Source of the DNA: Fimicolochytrium jonesii
Taxonomy: Eukaryota
DNA: 64,000 bases
Direction: 5' to 3'
Assembly (NCBI RefSeq): GCF_025526975.1
Contig: NW_026515673.1
Span: 62,001-126,000 of the forward strand
The first letter of the stretch is position 1; each line of letters starts with the position of its first letter. A program made the position numbers and the translations under genes. The notes beneath the pieces are model-generated. The model was given only the letters and a program-made list of their open reading frames with translations. It had not been told where the DNA came from and did no database searches. Positions 44,397-57,408 of this stretch are shown here, in pieces.

Positions 44397-46817
44397 CTAC
44401 CTCTTCCTCCTCCGAAAACTATCCATACTCCCCCCATTCCCAATAGTGGGCGTAACAGTCCCGTCACTCCGCCCATCATACTCCTCCCCCTCCTCCCCAT
44501 CCTCATCCTCCGACTCGCTCAAAACCGGCGATGCATCACTCCACGGTCTCGTCAACGGCGTCTCCACGGGGACGGCCGCCGGGCCCGAGATGGCACGTTT
44601 GGGTGGCGGGGCGGTCGGGATGGACGTTGATGCCGTGTTTACGGTTATGGCTGCCGAGGTCCGGCGGCGGGTGACGGGGTGTCGGCCGCCTCCCTTGCCG
44701 CTGTCGGTGACTAAAGGCGCGAGGTTAGTTTGTGATTTATCGTTTTTGAGGGCCATTAACAGGGCTGTTTGGATGGCTCGCGCCTCCTCTTCCTGTTCGA
44801 CGACGTTGGAGGGTGTCGCGTCCAGCCCGAGGCCGTCCTGGAGCGTGCCCATCCGCGTCACAGGTCGTGACGCAGCGACGAGCATGCGTTGGGCGGAGAT
44901 CCGGCCGTCCAGGACGATTTTCTGGCCCGTTTCGTCCATGTGGCCCTGTCCGATTTCCAACAGGGATCGGATCTGGTTTTCGGAGATCCAGGGCACTGTT
45001 GCGACTTTTGTGGGTTCGACGCTGACGGTGGTTGAGGAGGGGTCGCCCCAGGTTTCGGCGTATTCGTGGAGGAGGCCGAGGATCGCGGGGTACACTGTCT
45101 TGTCCAGACCTCGAGCCCATAAGAAACAGATGTGCTCGTATTCGTCTACTTTGAGGCAGTAGACGGGGGTAGCCGTCTCCTGCAACAGCCAGGTCATGTC
45201 GGCTAGGGTATCTTTCCCGCCGTAAAAGAGCGCGATGGGGGTCTGGATGTGTTCGGTGGGGAATTTGGGCACGACGTGGCCGGATTGCGAGTTGGGCAGC
45301 ATGGTGGGGCTTTCGTCGTACATTTGGAAGCGCCCATTGCGGATGATTTGGAACCAGTGGACCTGTAGGGTGCGCTTCGCTTTAGTGCAAGCGTTCCCTT
45401 GTAGAGCGCGCGCAAAGCAAACTTGCGAGTCCATCACGTACCACACATTTCACCGAAGTGTAAGAGTAAAGATGCTGATAAACCACATTCTTATGGTCAA
45501 TCATCTCCGCCTTCCATCTGAACAAGAAGTTACACGCAATGTCGATCGTCCAGGCGAAGCTCAATGGGGATAAGATACTCTGCCAGAACGGCGTCACTGA
45601 GAGCAACGACTTGCGGCCGAAGAGGAGGAACACGACTTCTGGCGAGATTTTCAACATTGTTCCGAGGGTTTTGTTTTCGAGCCCTGGATAATGAAGACGG
45701 TAAGACTTACGGCGCGAGAGGGACAGTAGACGGAGGAAGGTGCTCACCCATTGGTTTGGCAGCGGGTGCCAGAGCCACAAAAAGGTTGACGCGTTTGTTC
45801 AGTCTTGGATTGATCGACAAGGACGAGAAGCCTTGTCCGCTGCCTACAAAAGCATGTGAGCAAGTTCAATATGCGGTTTCAATCAGAGCTACGCCGGCAA
45901 ACAGTGTCTCGACATACCCTGCGAGAAACCGACGTATGAAAGAGACGGAACGCCAGTGACTTTCAAAATATACTGGAATCATAACGTGAATGAGATTCCT
46001 GAGCATGCGCTTCACGTCCAACCCGAAAAAAGCGCCCAAACATACATCAACGGCATCCGGCAAGTCATACAACGCCAAATGATCCATCGAAAAATCCCAA
46101 AACGCCTCCTCAGTCGGTTTCAAATACCGATGCTTGCAGCTATACTTATTCCCCCTCGTATTGCCCATCCACACATCATACCCGGCCTCCGCCAACGTGA
46201 ACGCCAACGACAGCTTCGGATCCGGCGTGCATATCCACACCTCGGAGCACATAAGGAAGCCGTGCCAGAGAAGAACGACGGGGCGGTTGCCTTCCGGGTG
46301 GGACCCGGTGCTGCGGAGGCCGAGGCGGCGGTTAGCGGCTTTTTGCTTCTTCTTGGTTTCGTGCTCAGCGCGGGAGTAGGGGATGCGGTGGAGGGCGAGG
46401 ATGTAGCCATCTTTTGTGGTTACGTAGTGGTGTTGGAATGGGAAGCCCCTAGTGGGAAGGCAAAGGGTGAGAAAGGCGTCTGGGAATAAAGCGTCAAAAC
46501 CGCAAAGAGACAAACCAGAATCTAACAAACTCCTCAGACGAAGAAAACCCCTCCAAAATCTTCTCCGCCTGCTGTATCCCCTCGGGTCCGTCGCCATTGA
46601 CGCCATCCACACCGTTCACGCCCTCATCGTGCGGTTTGCCTGTGAGCAGTGTCGATGGGAAGACCTTGCGAATCCCGTCGACGATGTAGCGCAAGGGCCA
46701 GAAGATGCCAAAGATGAAACGGAGGATGGGCTCGAATACCAGCACGCAGACGGCGATGCACAGACGGAGATAGTCTGCGATGCGCAGGCGCCCGATGACG
46801 GGGATGGAGGATAGCAT
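44397..46817 (-). CDS. Alpha/beta-hydrolase sterol esterase/acid lipase (Tgl1/Yeh-like), multi-exon
   Basis: HYVTTKDGYILALHRIP, VLLWHG, LAEAGYDVWMGNTRGNKYS, FWDFSMD, GFSQG nucleophile, GGKDTLAD and YEHICFLWA. Confidence 0.92.
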
Positions 46818-47458
46818 TTTGGAAATCGCGTTCCCGCTATGTGACTTAGGGAGACTATGTGGTAAGAATAGATGCTCAAGTACAGCGAGGATGGTCAATG
46901 GACGCTACGTACTGAGGGGAAAAGCGTACGCTACGCTATGCTAGTATGTAAAGTCTACTGCTGCTTTTACATAGGGGCCACGTTCACGGAGGACGCAGGT
47001 TTTCCCACGCAAAATGGGTATAGGAAAGAGTGCTTCACGTGCGTTGTGTTTTGCTGCTGAGCCTGGGCGTGTTAATTCGTACTACGCGCCAAAGCCAAAC
47101 AAGAAACAGGGCTTTCTTTGAGTTGACATGGGGGGATGATGGGCCCACGCGTCGCTGCCCACTCACAAACGGACTCCGAAAGGTGCGAGCGACATGATGA
47201 CGCTGCAAACCGAACTTGCGCAGCAGAAAAGGCAACGGGTCACCCGCCGCTCATCAAACTCCGACACCTTTCTTTTCCTATACCGTTGGAAACTTCCTTC
47301 AAATTCATCTTCAGGCAACGGTCGAGTCGCAGCTGTCACGTTTGCGCAAGTCGATTAGGATTCAGCCAGACCAATACTCTTCCGCCCGATGTCGCAGATC
47401 TCGTTGTCCAACACTTCAACACCAGGCGCCGTGACCTCCCCGCCAAACCACCCACTTT

Positions 47459-48579
47459 ATGACCGCGGTGGCCTTTGCGAGAATGGAGTCGTCAAACCTT
47501 TGCGACCGTCCGCCCGACAAATCCAGGGTACGATTCCGCCGGATATCATGGCGATCTCTTCCTGAGCACGCTCCTCCACACAACCTACGGTTCGACCTCC
47601 CGCCTCCAATAGCGAAGAACGAAGCTGTCTTGCAGAATCTGCTGCAGCACAAAAAGTCCAGATTGGCTTCGTCACCAACCTCGCAAGCCCCTCGGAAGCT
47701 CAATGCAGGTCTGTTCAATATGTCATGGTGCCAAAGCTTCTCTGAACCGTGCAACCCACAGTTTGACACCAAGTCTTCGATTTTCACTTTCTTGAAGGTA
47801 GGACTTCCAAATCTTGCTGACATGTGTCTGCTCGATGATACCCTTTGCCGCCGCATAGTTGCAGCCACCGGTGGAACCGCAGGCAGACCTGAAGCAGCGG
47901 ACGGTGTCCTTCATTCGTGGACGCAATTCCAAAATGCTGTCGTCGTGAGACACCAAGCTAATCTCATACGCCATTTTCTGGAGAGCACTTCGGCGTTTGA
48001 CCCCGAGCTGTGGTATCTGTATATTGACTTCTTGTCGATGGCGAAGTACTATCGTCATGCGTCGCAGCCGCCAGTGAATCATGATGGCTTTGTGCCTTGA
48101 TCGCTTTAGGAAAGGTCTGGAACGGATGCCGAGACACCCAATGTCTCGCAGTCTTCAGTCTGACGAGAGACGCCTGTCGAAATGGCGATTCTCCCATTCC
48201 TGTATCGGCTGCAATGGCACTTTCCCATGCTCCTTGATCCACATGTCTTAGGTGTTCTCTCTGATGCAGCAAGAGGGTGCCGTCTAGCGGTCCTCAAACG
48301 GTCCGCAAACATTCATGGGAAGCTTACATTCCATTGACCCACGGCCTTGATCGACTACTTTCTTCAGTGGAATGGCACTTGAAAGCAGGATACGACCTGC
48401 GGCTTGTTGGGCCTGAGCGTCGGGATAGGTTTGGACCCCTTGGGCCGTCGTTACAACTTCTGGCTAAATACGGTTCGCCATGGGCGGAGAAAGATTCTAG
48501 AAACGGGCAAACCTATGAACCTATAAAGCCGAGGTCGGGGGATACCCGAAAGGCGTGTACAGATAGGGCCTCGGCATAG
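47459..48579 (+). pseudogene. Possible decayed protein-coding sequence of unknown family
   Basis: Protein-like ORFs of 213 aa and 100 aa separated by in-frame stops; no recognisable motif. Confidence 0.2.
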
Positions 48580-50006
48580 CGTAGGTAGTAGTGCAAGGTT
48601 GCATGCGCATTGGACGCTGCTGAGGTCTATCGGTTATTTCAGCTCAACTCCGAAGAACAGTTCTCATGCATCGCTGGCATCCTTATTTCCACGGTATGCG
48701 ATAATAGCTGCACTGCGGGTGCAACCGATTTACAGCAACAATGATCTGATCGGTGTTACTAGTACGATGGTATTTTAAGCTTGTTGATGTCGGATTGGTA
48801 CAGTTTACTGTACACATCTAAGCATGGATTGGTACGTTCTACTGTACACATTCGAGCATGGCCGCCGCCCATCGTCAAGCCTCCACCTTTGCGCACAACA
48901 GCATGCGGTAGTCGTGACCATGATATTGATGTGTGGGGGCGTTCGGGAGGTCATAACACCGCAGTCATCCGTCGCGAATGGCAACAATGCCAGCGCCACC
49001 AAGTTGGATGAAGATAGTTTAACATAAGGCCGACCGGCATCTAAAATCCCACTGTGTCGTCCAGCCTCGAGAGCGGCGAGGTGTTCCGTGCCACCGCCGC
49101 CAACAGCAACTGCACCAATCCTTCCCAACCGCCTCGGAGACCCACGGCCCGAGCGACAATCTAAAATCGCCACACGCTTCCCTTCCCTGCGCATGCATAT
49201 CATTGCACAGCGACGCACCAGTCAAACGCTTTGGGCAGCTTTCCTTCCTGGAGATCTGGCTGGTTGGAGCGACCACAAGACATTTGAAAAAGATCTTGGC
49301 AATCACACAAGAAGAACCTTCCGCGGGGCGGGCGACAAAATTAGAGTTCTCACGTGGTGGGCCGTAAATCTGGTTCGTTAATTCTGAGATAAAGCCGGTG
49401 TTGATCTGAAACTCAAGTTTTCCGCGGACCATTGTCCGGGCCGCCGGTTACTGTTCATTTTCATCAGAAATACCGGGGGAAGGAGGTGCATTGAAAGACG
49501 ATACAACAATGGCGAGCATTGGTGGATGAGACAGGAGTTGAACAGGAGCTTTGTGCGAAAACCGGGGATGCCCATTGTCCAATGGCCGACCGTGTGAGAA
49601 TCGGAGCCAACTTGGGAAGATGCGGTTCGCACAGACGGGTTTTTTGATTAGGCGCCTTTAGTGCGAGTGGTCCGCGTCCCTCGAATGTGGTAAATGAACA
49701 TGGCTTGCAAGTTTTCACCCAGTGGCCCCTCGCTCGCTCCGCAGCCCCCATTCATCAGGAAGGCGCTTTACCACGCTGGGAAAAAAGCCACCACCCCGCT
49801 TGCTCAGATATGCCTGCTGGGAAAGGAGGCCCCCGACCTAAGGTGGAAGTTAGTGCTGGTGCGGCGTCAAGGCAGGGGCCAACAAAAGCAACCGAGAGCG
49901 GCAAGCCCGCTGGCCAGTTTCCATACGCAACAAGAGCAGATTACCGTCGACTCCCACCCCATTCCAGAATTAAACGCTCAACGGGCGTCCGGCATTCTTC
50001 GCCGAC

Positions 50007-51524
50007 ATGCGCGCACGCTGGTGGACAGCCGCTCTCGCGCTCCAGCTTTCGGCCGCCGGCGGTCTAGCTCAGAACGACAACACCAACACCTTCTCTGCCG
50101 AGCTGGGGAGCCCAAGCCCTATTTCGGCCACTCCGTCTGAACCCGCTTCTCCCCCGCCGAATAGCAGCCCCGCGGAGAATGTTGATATTCGACCAACTCC
50201 GACGGGTGCCCTCGACGCCGACTTGGACGTTATTATCACCGTCACCAATACTGTTCGTGTGACTCGCACCGTTGAGCCTGACGAGAGCTCTGGGGTCTCG
50301 ACAGCTACTCCCGATGTTCCCAGCAAAACCAGGACTAGAACTCGTACAGGGACTCGCACGGGGACTCGTACGGGGACTCGCACTGGCACCCGTAGTCGCA
50401 CCGGAACCGAGAGCAGGACTCGTACCCGGACTCGCACGCGGGCTTCTACTACTACCAGCGTCGAGTCTGTCACTACCACGGCGGAGTCTGTTACTAGCAC
50501 TGCAGAGCCCACCACGGATGTAACCACCACGTCGAGGGAAACAACGACGACGGGGGCTTCTGAGACTAGCACGGCAGAGCCCACCACGGAGGTGACCACT
50601 ACCACGGGGAGGGAGACATCGACGACGGCGGAGTCTGAGACTTTGTCGACGTCAACGGCGGATGTGACGACGACTGAGAGGGAGACTACTACCACTGCTG
50701 CTACGTCGACTGAAGCAAGAGTTACTTCCGAGGTTGAGCAGACCACCACCGCGACGTCGGATGAGCCTCCGAAGACGATCGAGCAAACCATCGCGCCATC
50801 TGCAACAGCTTCTCCCGAACCGGCGTCTAGCTCGACCGAAGCGCCACAAGCCACTGACACTGTTCCACCGGTTCCTTCCGCCACAGATGCACCTGTGCCT
50901 CCTGCAACGTCGACCGCCGAACCGGAGACCAGCAACGTCCCGGAACCAGTTTCATCGGAGCCCGCGAGCACGGTTGCCGCACCCACGGTCGGGCCACCCC
51001 CATCCCCCGAACCCGTTTCTTCGGAACCCGCGAGCACGGTGGCTGCACCCACGGTCGGCCCTCCACCGCCTCCAACGCCTGTCCCCTCTGAGACTGCGGC
51101 ACCTGCCCCTTCCAACATACCCACTCCCATTCCTGAAACAACCCCACCACCCGCCCCCAAGCCGACCGATCCTCAACCCTCCCCCAGCCAGCCCACAGAA
51201 CAGCCCCCCAAAGACAGCACAACAGACATCACAACAACACCCTCCACCCCCACCGCCATCACCACCCCCCTCATCGTGATCCCCACACCCGTGGTCCAGA
51301 ACCCCAATGCCCTCCCCTTCGTGATCCCTACCGCGCTCGCGCAAGCCGCTGGCGGTGCCTTCCCGGGCCAGGCTGGCGACAGTTCCGACCCACTCCCCGT
51401 TGATGGAACCGTCCCGCTTTGGTACAGCGAGTCGGCGACGAATGTTAGCGGTGCCGATAAGCTGAAGTGGGCTGGATCTGCTGTTGTTGGAGTTTGTGTG
51501 GGTGCCTTGCTGCTCGCGTTTTGA
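50007..51524 (+). CDS. Secreted Thr/Ser/Pro-rich mucin-like protein, probably GPI-anchored
   Basis: Signal peptide MRARWWTAALALQLSAAGGLA, an RT-repeat tract, Thr-rich repeats, a duplicated PEPVSSEPASTVAAPTVGPPP and a C-terminal hydrophobic GPI-like signal. Confidence 0.85.
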   Translation: MRARWWTAALALQLSAAGGLAQNDNTNTFSAELGSPSPISATPSEPASPPPNSSPAENVDIRPTPTGALDADLDVIITVTNTVRVTRTVEPDESSGVSTATPDVPSKTRTRTRTGTRTGTRTGTRTGTRSRTGTESRTRTRTRTRASTTTSVESVTTTAESVTSTAEPTTDVTTTSRETTTTGASETSTAEPTTEVTTTTGRETSTTAESETLSTSTADVTTTERETTTTAATSTEARVTSEVEQTTTATSDEPPKTIEQTIAPSATASPEPASSSTEAPQATDTVPPVPSATDAPVPPATSTAEPETSNVPEPVSSEPASTVAAPTVGPPPSPEPVSSEPASTVAAPTVGPPPPPTPVPSETAAPAPSNIPTPIPETTPPPAPKPTDPQPSPSQPTEQPPKDSTTDITTTPSTPTAITTPLIVIPTPVVQNPNALPFVIPTALAQAAGGAFPGQAGDSSDPLPVDGTVPLWYSESATNVSGADKLKWAGSAVVGVCVGALLLAF

Positions 51525-51956
51525 GTGCTTTGAGCATTCGATTTCGTTTTCGAAGGATAGATGGACATTTTCACACCGGCGTATGCCTCGATAGATTTTC
51601 TTCTCATATGACAGATTCCACTAGTTTTACACGTAGCGTAATCTAGAGAAACTTTCCCCGCTACGTAGAGTCTACTTCGTAGACCCTCTCTTCTGTAACA
51701 AGCTGGACTTCGCATACACAATCATATACCGTATCCCTGAATTCATATCCCAGAAAATGAGCAACTGATAGAAATCGACTCCCGTGTCACGTGTGCAGTT
51801 TATCTCCCGATCTGTCATCTGTCCGAAATCCCCGTCCGAATCTGTCTGACGCTCACCTTTTGACGCACAGTTCGGAAAGGAAGCTCAGCTCAGTTCCCCA
51901 CCAACAACGATCGCATATCACGACCCTCGGGCCGAATATACACCGTCTTCGCCGCA

Positions 51957-53670
51957 ATGGTCCTCTGGGTAGACAAACACCGCCCCACAACCCTCGACAA
52001 GCTCGACTACCACGAGGGGCTTCGGGCTCAATTAACCCATCTCGTACGAATTTCTACCACTCCCGCTGAAGCTTGCTTCTTCAAAGGTTAACACTAATGC
52101 CTCATTTGTAGGCCTCGTCGGGCGATTTCCCGCATTTGCTAGTCTATGGCCCCTCGGGCGCAGGGAAGAAGACGCGGATTGTGGCGCTTTTGAGGGAGAT
52201 TTATGGGGCTGGGGTTGAGAAGGTATAACGCGAGGAGTTTTTGGAGGTCCGACGCTGGGGGAGATGGAAGCGACTGCATAGCCGGAGGAAAAGCTCACAG
52301 GATAATTTTTGGAATGTGGACAGTTGAAAATCGACCTCCGGCAATTCCAAACCTCAGGCGGCAAGAAACTGGAGATCAATGTCGTGAATAGCAACTATCA
52401 TATGGAGATGACGCCCGGGTACGTCTGCGTGGGAAAACAGCGGTTGACAATGGGATATTCCGTGCGCATCGGGGGACTGAGACCGTTGCCTATTCGTGGG
52501 TGTGTTGTAGGGACGTGGGGAACTACGACCGGATCATCGTCACGGACTTGATCAAAGAGATCGCCCAAACGCAGCAGATTGACAGTAACGCCAAACGGCC
52601 ATTTAAAGGTACCGTTTCCATCACCTGCGTCCTCTCCTCTCAACCTCTTACTCAATCCGGCCCCCAAAAACAGTGGTAATCCTCAACGAAGCCGATGGTC
52701 TAAGCCGCGACGCCCAGAGCGCGCTGCGCAGAACGATGGAGAAATATATGACGAATCTCCGCATTATCTTGGTCTGCGAGTCGACGTCGAAGATCATCTC
52801 GCCTATTCGGAGTCGGTGTTTGTTGGTTCGGGTGGCTGCGCCGGAGGTTGATGATGTGCGTACTTTTCAGCATTTGGCTTAGAGGGTGGCGGTTGAAATG
52901 GTGGAACGGGATTTCTGACCTCCTTGAAACTCCCGCGCAGATAACGAGAGTAATAACCAAAGTCTGCAAAAAAGAAGGCCTCTCAATACCCCCAACCTTC
53001 GCAACACGCCTAGCCGAATCCGCGAACGGGAACTTGCGGAAAGCGATCTTGATGCTTGAGGCCGCGCGGATACAACAGTGAGTTTGGGAGAGTAGCGCGT
53101 GCTCGCATCATGGTGGTAGTATGTACTGATTTACGATGTATGTGGTGATGGGAAGGTACCCCTTTGAAGAGAACCAGCAGATTTTCTCGACGGACTGGGA
53201 ACGTGTGATTAAGGAGGTTGCGATGGAGATATTGAATGAGCAGAGTCCTGCAAAGTATGTGTTCCGCATCAGTCTCCCACACACCTTCCCGCCCTCAACC
53301 GTTACATGCCGATGATTTAGACTCCTGAAAGTCCGACAAATGTTCTACGAGCTCCTCTCGCACTGCATCCCCGCGGACCTGATCATCAAGCAGCTCGCGT
53401 TTGAGCTGATGCGGAATGTGGATGGGGAGCTGAAGAAGGTTGTTGTTTTGACTGCTGCTCAGTTTGTACGTATCTTCCCATCTGTCTCGAGGGTGTTCTT
53501 GGGGGGAAGGGGGGTGGATTTAGGGAGTGGGGATTGATTCCATTTGTCTTTTTTTTTTGTAGGAACATCGGTTACGACTTGGGAATAAGTCGATTTTCCA
53601 TTTAGAGGCGTTTGTGGCAAGGTTTATGGCGGTCTATAAGTCGTATTTGATGGAGATTGGGGCTGCATGA
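51957..53670 (+). CDS. RFC5: Replication factor C subunit (yeast Rfc5 / human RFC3), multi-exon
   Basis: [51 protein letters not shown] and IFHLEAFVA. Confidence 0.96.
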
Positions 53671-53984
53671 GGTGGGGGTTTCGGTTACGTTTGGAATTTG
53701 GATTGGGGACATGGCTGGCTTCCTGCTTTTCTGCGCTCGATTGCTGGGATTATGGATCCGGTTGTGGCCCTCTAGACCACCGTGTGAACTCGTTTCCCCG
53801 CTCTGATCCCTCCCTCCCTCCCTCTTGGGTAGTCAGGTAGCAGATAGAAGAGGGTCAGTTCGATTGTGTGAGTGTGTTCGTAGTGGCATTACGGCATTCA
53901 TCATCGCTTTGGATTTCACGTTATGAAGTTAAAGAAGAAACGCCCGTTGAAGGGCTCAGATCCAAACGGACGACGCAGGATCTC

Positions 53985-54934
53985 TTATGAGTGAAGACAT
54001 ATATAGAATTGCACTGTATGAAACAACTGAGAGCCGCAACACGCTGCTTGCAACCTTTGCATACATGGACTTGGAGTATCTATCCACCACCTTCCATACG
54101 GTCGCGGAGCACCGGCGCGAACAGACTCGAGCATATGCTCCTGACTGAACTCAGGAGCGGTCGGAAAATGGAACCAATACGCCTTAAGCAAGGTGTTCGC
54201 CGCCATTTGGATTAGGCTTTCCATATGCTTGACTTGCAGAAACTCAGCCATCGCAATGATGACGATCGAGGTGTGCTCGTTGAGCAGCAAGGCTTCTGGT
54301 TGCTGGGTATACCAGGACAGTACCCTTCTTCCGAACACCCTGACGTGAAAGTCAGGGAGTAAGGGATGGTGGACGGGTATGCTCGTCGGGAAGGTGAACT
54401 GGGTATATAAGCAGGCCACATGCCTCTGAGGATGCTGCATTCACTTGCATGCGCGAGCAGTGAATCGCAGCCTGCATATCCAGTCGTGCGTTGCAGTGGA
54501 TGGCCCGCAAAATGGGGTGCGGAGTATTGGTAGTATGCTGCGCTGGCCGTATGTCCATTAACCACGACGGCAATGATTCTAGCTGAATTCGCGCTCACTT
54601 CCTGACTTTCACGGCCGTTGGTCCGTATGCATGTGCTTTGCAGTTTCAATATGCCTGGTAGTGGGAACGGGGCGGGGCGGCCGGCGGTTCGGATCTGAAC
54701 GCGTCCATAACGCGTAAAACCCCAGAGTCCGGACGAAAGTGTCCGAATCTGAATGTTCGATAGCCGTTCTCTTTCCCGCGTAGGGGCTTTCGGGCTTACG
54801 AGAGAGTGATATGCTCCGAGGTGGAACCTGAAGGAGTGCCTAGATTCAAGCTCATGTATGCTTCCCGCCTCAACCTGCGGATCATATGATTTCCAGGTCT
54901 CGTATTTCGTTTTTGGAGAGATTGTAATGAACAA
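53985..54934 (-). pseudogene. Possible BTB/Skp1-like gene or remnant
   Basis: IVIIAMAEFLQVKHMESLIQMAANTL resembles the C-terminal helices of BTB/Skp1 domains. Two overlapping frames, no clear gene model. Confidence 0.25.
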
Positions 54935-55180
54935 ACATTCCGCCCAATCACTTGTCGATCCCCAACGGCAATCAGAAACGGAAGCTACATGTTACAATTC
55001 CATTACAGCTTAACAAGTTGATATCGATTATCGACGGGTCGAGGCTACACTGTGGATTTCTAGTCTGCTTCTTGAAGTTCTATCCACCTCCGTCCCTTTT
55101 CACCCGCCCAGATGAGATAGTCGTGACAGGTACGTCTATGATCGCGCGTAATGAAGGCACCCTGTCGCTCCTCACCCGCC

Positions 55181-56173
55181 TCATTTAGGGTCGCGCAAAA
55201 GCATTCCCTCATGATCTGCAATCTGGCAAGGCTTCGACATTTCCTCCGGAAATTTTTTCAGGATCTCGCTCTCCACATCCGTCGGCTGCCCCGCCATAGC
55301 ATTCTGGAACACAGTGTGCAGCACACTCGTTTCCAAGCCCCAAATATGGAGCATCAATGGATTCACCCCATCAGGTACGTCAGGGAACCGGATCAGGAGT
55401 CGTTCCTCGTTCACTGGGATTTGCAGGATGGCGAGGATAGCATTGTGCGCATACAATACGATCGTCTTGATCTCTTCGAAAACCGCATACTCGCCAAACA
55501 CTTGTTTCTGCAAGGTCGGCGACATGTGTGCGTGCGCCCACGTTTTGACAGGCAGCACGCGGATGTGGCGGACATCGCACCATTTATACTTTTTGGTCCT
55601 TGTTAAATGCGAGATCGCAAACCCGTCCTTGCCGAGTCTCAGCTTTCTTTGCCAGCGCAAGAGAAGCAGTTTGAATAGAACCGCCACGGCTGTGTACCAT
55701 ATAACGGAGACGCACGCGCCAGTCAGGACTTCGGAGACGAATGGGTTATCGTTCCATGTCCACACATTCTCCACGTGCCAGCCCAACGTTGCAGAGGCGT
55801 CGGGAACAACCAGACGCGGGATACGGTCCACGTCGGTTATGGGAACCGGTTTTGCATCCGGTAGTGGCGGGTTGGGGAAGTACCATGGGAACGTTTCGAT
55901 AAGCGGGGGAAAGGGCTGGGTCCAGGCCTTATACATGAGGGAGATTTCGTTGAGGTTGAAGACCGTCAGCATGAGTCCGAAGCCGAGTCCGAAGTATAGA
56001 CCACCTTTTAAATGCGTTTTCCAGGCGAAGCGATCGTTTTTGGTTCCCATGGGGAAGGTGAAGAGGGAGGTGTAGTCGGCGGGAGTATCGATGCGTGTTG
56101 GGTGCGCCGGGGACGGCGCTACTAGCAGCGTCGTCTCGGTGTTCTCGGTGCGTGCGTCGATGGTGTCGTTCAT
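55181..56173 (-). CDS. Hypothetical intronless membrane protein (2 TM)
   Basis: 330-aa ORF with two hydrophobic helices (GGLYFGLGFGLMLTVF; ACVSVIWYTAVAVLFKLLLL). Confidence 0.6.
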   Translation of the reverse strand: MNDTIDARTENTETTLLVAPSPAHPTRIDTPADYTSLFTFPMGTKNDRFAWKTHLKGGLYFGLGFGLMLTVFNLNEISLMYKAWTQPFPPLIETFPWYFPNPPLPDAKPVPITDVDRIPRLVVPDASATLGWHVENVWTWNDNPFVSEVLTGACVSVIWYTAVAVLFKLLLLRWQRKLRLGKDGFAISHLTRTKKYKWCDVRHIRVLPVKTWAHAHMSPTLQKQVFGEYAVFEEIKTIVLYAHNAILAILQIPVNEERLLIRFPDVPDGVNPLMLHIWGLETSVLHTVFQNAMAGQPTDVESEILKKFPEEMSKPCQIADHEGMLLRDPK

Positions 56174-56706
56174 TTCGATGCGTGTTCTGCGGATTGTGAA
56201 CTGAGAAGCCGAGGGTGCAAGGTTGCAACTTTAGTGTATGAATTTTGAAGGGTTGGCTCGAAATACGAAGGGAAAACTGGGGTGGTTCCAATAGGTGTCT
56301 TGCATGGCGTCGGAAGGCGTCGGCCTTGGGGCTGACATTGCTTACGTACGCATTGGAGCCCGGAAGCGCACCAAGGTCATTCTCCAAGCGGGTCAGGATG
56401 TCCCGATCCCCATGCGCAAAAAACTCCGAGGATGACAACTTCGCCATCAGGCTTCCCACAAAACTGTTGTGGAACTCGTTGCTTTAATTCTCGTTCACAC
56501 ACACCACTCGTTTTATAGACATTCGATCGGACGGTCTGCACACACACACACCAGCTTTCTCTCTGCAGAGAGGAAAAGGGGGGGGTACGGTAACTATAAA
56601 AGGAAGCTGTGGCTGAAACAGGTTGATACAGGTTTTTTACAACACTCCCTCTCAGACTGCAGATCGAATTCAGTCGCAGTCACAGTCGCAGTCGCCGTCG
56701 CCATGC

Positions 56707-56922
56707 ATCGTTCGAGACAGCTTGGAATAGGGGCAGGCTCGCGATTCACTCTTCACGTCACGATCGCTTCGAGACCAGCTTGGAATAGGGGCAGGCTCGC
56801 GATTCACTCTTCACGTCACGATCGCTTGAGGTGCAGCCTGGATTTTGGGCACTCGCGGTACGCTCTCTCGACTTCCCAATCGCTTGAGGTGCAGCCTGGA
56901 TTTTGGGCACTCGCGGTACGCT
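56707..56922. repeat. Minisatellite of four related ~58-bp units (A-A-B-B')
   Basis: Units start with ATCG(C)TT at 56707, 56763, 56821 and 56879. The A copies are near-identical, the B copies are identical over 44 bp, and A and B align with each other. Confidence 0.9.
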
Positions 56923-57408
56923 ATCAACTTCCGTCATCGCTTCGCCGTCGTAGTCGTGGATGCCTCGGTAAAAACCTCTCCCAGGTGTAAAAACCTCCGT
57001 GAGGAAAAAAAAATAGATCCTGGGAGTAGGAAAAGAGCGCATCGTCGTATCAGGCAACATCGGCTTTTCAGCGTACTCGTCGTTATCAAGCAACAGTCAT
57101 CACCGCCGCAGCAATTCGAACGACTCGAAATCCGACCGAGAAAAGTAGAAGAATCCTCAACGGCGCCAACTGTGATGCTGGCGCCAACGGTGATGCCGGT
57201 GCCAACGTCAATCCCGCTCGCACAACCCCTTTTTTTTCCCGAACGAGCCGCGCATCCTTCAGTGGCGCGCGCCGGACGCAATGTACCCATTTTGCGGTTT
57301 TTTCCCCATTGGCATTGGCGACATTCACGCCGAGGCCTCCGATCTACACGATACGACGACGAACGCGGCTCAATCATCGACAAATAAGCAACCTCCGAAT
57401 GAAGTCCA

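Noticed and set aside
56707..56922. Possible CRISPR-like array
   Set aside because: Whole units are duplicated with no unique spacers; it is a minisatellite.
56845..57387. ORFs upstream of the Fanzor as a possible partner transposase
   Set aside because: No DDE, HUH or serine-recombinase motif seen; partly built from repeats.
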